From Tubulanus polymorphus (taxonomy: Eukaryota; Animalia; Nemertea): a stretch of 64,000 bases of DNA. Below the pieces are notes generated by a model. That model had not been told where the DNA came from, did not search any database, and saw only the letters and a program-made list of their open reading frames with translations. The stretch covers positions 6,416,600-6,480,599 of the forward strand of contig NC_134036.1 in NCBI RefSeq assembly GCF_964204645.1, written 5' to 3'. Shown one piece after another: positions 59,101 to 64,000 of the stretch. The position numbers and the translations under genes were made by a program. Each line of letters starts with the position of its first letter. Positions within the stretch are counted from its first letter, which is position 1.

Positions 59101-62100
59101 AATTCCTGACATGAATAAATCAATATGAAACTTTTATTTGTTGATTATCATATTTAGAAACAAATTAACCTCACATGTGTACTCACCCGAATATTCTCAA
59201 CGTATAAATCTTTAATCGAAAAAGATTTGATTTTGTAATTTATTTCAAACCTCACATCGTCGTTAAGTGTTTCTTTCAAAACGCACAGTACGACGAGGAA
59301 TCCGTCAGATTTAACACTCAGTGATTGCAGGTAGTTGTAACCGAGTAAAATATCAGTTCCTACAACGCGTAACCCTTCTAGTTTATATACACCGATGACG
59401 TCAGCGGATGCGATGAGATTATGTGTCCAGTTGAAAACGACGTACTGTAACACCTGCACTGTGATAGACCAGCAGTGTAAGTGTTTTGATCGAGTTATTA
59501 CGTGTAAACTGTTGTCATCGGGAATGAGCACTCCCGACTCATCATTAGAGATCTGAATCAACGGATTAGATACGTTCCAATCAGATATTTTATAAAGTTG
59601 AACGACAAGCTGTGATTTGATTAGAATTTTATAGGATACTAAAGTAGCTCTGTTCGTTTTAGTATAAAATGAGGATGGTGGATGTCCGGATTGTTGGCGT
59701 ATAAGACCTATCGGTTCACTGCTGGAGTTCCATTCGTCGTGAATTTTAAATGGTGTCTTGACGTAATACAGTGATTTGAGATTGATGAGGGTTAGATTCA
59801 TTCCTAAACCGTCTGGCATTCCTATCCATTCAAGAAACATTGTACAAAAACGAATGAATAAATTGAATTTGTATCCCATTGGTGTTTTTAATTCATTCAC
59901 GTTGAGAAATGAGTTTCCACAGTTGCCGCTGATTCTCAATCGGCTTCGTCCATAACGATACATGATATAAACCCGACTTCCTCGCGCACCATCGATGCGG
60001 CTCCTAAACATCAACGGAATCGAATCTTTGCGGCGGATTTCATGTTTTCCTTTACTGCAGAATCTGATAGCAGCCTCATAGACGAGAAGGTAGTTATCAC
60101 TACAGAATATTGACAGCTCGATGTCGTAGTAAAATTGGACGAGAAAAGTTCCCGGTAAAGAGCTGTTGATGAACCAACGACATTCAACACCGCGCGTTAA
60201 CGTAGGGTAGTTCGGCGAAACGATGAAACCGGACGTAGAATCTAGCGGGTACCACGTGTTGTTACAAGACGAACTTACCGTCACAGACGATTCCTCGATA
60301 GAGTCGGCTCGATCAGCGCGCGCGATGCGAACTTGACAGACGATCAGCGACGAAATAAACAGCGCTCTCAGTCGCTGCTCCATACCGAACAACATCTCTG
60401 CGACAGAATGAACGAAATTCGTCCTTAGTGACACCGAATCTGTCATTGGTCGGATCACGATCCGATTTCATCCAATCAGAAAATTCGCTCCGCCGAGTCG
60501 AAAATGCTTCTAGTATTTTCATTAAAAATACGTACGTTGTAAATTCAACTCAAGAAAAGATAATAAAGCAATATGATATAGAAAATTCACGAGATTTTAG
60601 TTATGCCAGTTTTAGTTAGTTCACTGACTGCTATATGTTATAAGTCCGTATAATTCATTAATTAAACCTCGAACACTTTAACAAGTCGAGTTTCATCCGC
60701 GCAGAAATATTCCGATCGAAATTTCCGATGCAATAGATATGTTTGCAACGAATGTATAGACAATTTCTTTTTATCTTTTTCTTCGACATATGGATCGTCA
60801 ACGTCATATACCCTGTGAAAAATAAAACCGATATTACATTGAAGATAAGATTGAAGTGTTTTGGAAAAAAATGAATTCTAATCAATTATGTATACCGCGT
60901 AGAAAGCAAAGTGATATATAGCGTATACGTCGGTCTAGAATAGAATTTACTATCATATGATTTTTATCAATTTCGAAATTATAAGTTTTCGTGTATCTTC
61001 GTGCATTTATAATTCGAACATGTTATATCTTCCTAGATCATTCTTGATAAAGACTGGATACATGATACTTTTGACTCGAGTGAACATCGCCTTGATAGTG
61101 TTTATTACTGTTTTTACCACAATATGACAACTGTTTCCGAGAATTTTGTAAAGGAGTCGGAGTTTGATTTTCCACTTAATGTCTGGATCCTCGTTGTGAC
61201 TAGGAATCCCCATATCCGATGTTTGAAAACCGAGATAGTATAATTCTAGTTTGTTCTAAATTGTCAGCTAGTTCAGATAAACTACTGTTTCAACGGGAAT
61301 CTGACTTTTGTCGTAAACTCAATCGAGGACTTCGACCTATAAGTCACAGATAACCGACAGAATTCGCGACGCGTTTATATCATTCACACCGGGAATCAAG
61401 CTAGTTCCCAACTGACAAGCGAGAAACTTTTACCATAATTAAATAACAGTAAAATTGCAAGAAATGGATAGATACATCTGTTTATGATATATCCATTCAT
61501 TTCTTGAAATGAACTCGAAAAGAAGAGTCAAAATCGCATGAAACGCGTGCGATTAGAAATCATTTGACCGCCATGAAGATTTTGATATAGTTGCGTTTTT
61601 ACTACCACTTAACTATTTGGATCCAGTTCCACGGTCATGAGTTAGAGTTAACTCCGAGTCAAAATCAGTTTATTCTCAATGAGTTAAAACTCTGAGTTGA
61701 ATCTTAACCCACAACCGTGGAACTGACTCATGGACGCTCTTCCGAAATTATATTATTATAATTGCCCGGTGAAATTTTACGTTACTACAGTTATACTTAA
61801 AGTAACTTAAAAAACGTCGAAACCGCTGTTGATTTGTTTTAATGCGATTAATATTTAGAATATGAAACGTAAATAAAACTCAATATCATTGAACACAGAT
61901 TTCTAATATAATCCCCATCGAGTCCCGCAGAGTCTTTTACTGGAGATTTGGATTTGAAAATCTAACGCATACAATATTGTGTATGCGTGTAGCGAATTAA
62001 TTTGCACAGTGTCGCGTATTGTCAGCTTAAACTTTTAGGTTCAAGTTTTTTGCTCTGTTATTACCTTAGAAATTAAATTTTTTTTCGGCCATTGTTGCGC

Positions 62101-64000
62101 TTTTTGAAAACTCATTTTTGAAGCCATAAAGTTCAAAAACTATCGGTCCTATAGCTTAGCAGCGAAAAAAAAGTTTGTAGACAATATTATGACCTTTCAT
62201 ATGATACCAGGTTTGAGTATTTTAGTTAGATAGCATAGGTCAGTATTTGTCGGATTCATCAGAGTCGGGGCCAGGACTTGGCCTTGAGAAGGGTTTGATT
62301 TTCGTCGTCTATATCATAAATATCATCTGAACTGTTCCATAAAGTCACTGGATTCACTGTCTAAATCATCGTCTCCAAACTCATCATAAGCAAAGATTTA
62401 TAATGAAACTTGATCTGTATTCATGATTTTACCATATTTATTTCGAAAAAATGACAAATTTTGACTCAAAATTGCTCAAAAACAATGAATTGCAACCATC
62501 AAAAATTCTTACGGCGAATAATCGACAGAAAGGCCATCTACCGACTAATAATGTGCTATGATGAAAACCTGTAGGTGAAATGACGATTATTTACACTTTT
62601 ACAGCGCACGCCGGGCATGAACGTAAAGCCAATGTTTTTACCGTCTCGACCTAGGGTCGAGCATGAACCTAAAAGCGTTAATCCCGTTTGTAGATTTCAT
62701 CCGATTGGAATTTATTCAAACAGGTTTTCGATCTTAAAATAGGGATTGTCCCCATTATTTATTTATTTGGCTGGTAAATTTTGTTTGATTTTTCGATTGA
62801 GTGTCCCTTACAGACCCACCACACCTGCCGGGAGCGAAACAGGGGGTTTGATTTTGAAATCGGAAATCGAAGTACAGATATAGATGTGTGATCGGCGGTC
62901 GAGTAAACAGAATATTTTAAAATCGAAGTACATAATTGGAAATTCGGTTCCGGTTCATCCAAACAATCTTCCATTCAGTCTGAACCGGCAAGCGACTGAT
63001 TGGGATGAATTTTTCTGGCTGCCTAATTTAATACAATGAGATTCTGGAAATAGCTATATTACAAGATCATTTTGTCCATTTTTATATTTTTTTGGTCGTT
63101 TTCTACGTGTAAATAGTCCGATAGTTTAGTGTGGTTTTAATGTTTGTGGTCTGAAAAATCTACGAAATATCGACTCCGAATTGCCAAAATTCTAAAACGA
63201 CGGAATAACCGGTACATTGAAAATATTTCGTCCAAAATTAGATACCTTTGTTCGAATGGACGTATCTCCGTAATATTTGATGTCTTTCGGACAATCTTTT
63301 GCCTAGAATTGCGATTCAAAAATAGAAAACAAGAAAAAAAATCAAGATTTAACATCTGAACATTGCGTTAGATTGAAACTATTTCGGTTATGAGGAAAGC
63401 TCGCTAAAATCCATTCGTATTTGAAATACCTTGCAATATCAGCGTATTCTAGAATCGACTGTAACCGAGAGAGATGCTGAATAGATTTCACAGCAATGCG
63501 CGTATATTGTTAAATGCCTCGAGGCAGTTACTTCAAAAACGGTCTAAACTTTCTGTGCACGACAGCGGTTTTCGGTATATCAGTATTCGTATACATCGAA
63601 TATATACACGCCGATTTCGTGTCCTGTGGTCCTTTCAAAAATAAGCGTTCAGTTAATATATGCACGTCACAACAACGTTAAACCTTAAAAAGTCTATTTC
63701 TTTTAACTTAAGACAACTTGAATTAGCAGATTGCAAAATGTAGTAATCTAAAATTTGAATGACATCTAAATGTGGTATGATGTGCTTTTTACCGTGTTCA
63801 ATTATCTTTATCAGTTTTTAAGTAATTGCGAGTGAAACTTTCAAAACACGTTTTCTCGTGTCTCCTGCGTGTACCATATCAGGAAATTTCGTAATTAAAC
63901 CGGTCCTTACTTTGATGAATATCAAATGAATATTGAATGGATATTGCCAGGCTTTGACATCGATTGAAATCAAATTGATAGTTAATAAACAAACTCCGGT
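56175..64000 (+). repeat. Segmental duplicate of about 27863-35330 (receptor 5' half and upstream region; offset about 28.3-28.7 kb)
   Basis: E.g. 32392 vs 60658, 32741 vs 61007; extra about 400 bp at 62730-63135. Confidence 0.93.
63928..64000 (-). pseudogene. Duplicate of the isolated 7TM fragment, cut by the window end
   Basis: Matches 35258-35330. Confidence 0.75.

Larger units (their letters stand above)
43865..60395 (-). pseudogene. GRL101-like receptor copy 3, disrupted; exons 60395-59187, 59105-57812, 57706-56175 then 45565-43865
   Basis: LTR element inserted in the last LDLa repeat; GGA>TGA at 44585-44587; TAT>TAA at 58144; frameshifting deletions near 58820 and 58100 relative to copy 2. 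Confidence 0.92.

Overview
Eukaryotic, AT-rich DNA, probably from a marine invertebrate (lophotrochozoan-like; inference). The backbone is a tandem array of three minus-strand, three-exon genes for very large GRL101-like rhodopsin-class GPCRs (signal peptide, CUB-like, C-type lectin, about 7 LDLa, LRR, 7TM). Copy 2 (26174-32132, about 1918 aa) reads intact, copy 1 has one frameshift, and copy 3 has several lesions. Copy 3 is also split by a young 10.6-kb Ty3/gypsy element (45566-56174) with near-identical 1115-bp LTRs, gag-UAG-pol, a chromodomain integrase and an F-type env. The most unusual feature is the LTR: it holds an exact 77-bp duplication running from the predicted transcription start to a GT donor, the second copy ending in an AG acceptor. 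This suggests an intron-containing LTR regenerated through a duplicated R region. Missing from the ORF track is a spliced gene for a secreted inhibitor-cystine-knot peptide (C-C-CC-C-C), present in both 18-kb duplicate units, with degenerate relatives. Also present: hammerhead-like inverted repeats, MITEs, tRNA-like SINE pairs, a 31-bp satellite and microsatellites. All calls were made by eye; no searches were run.
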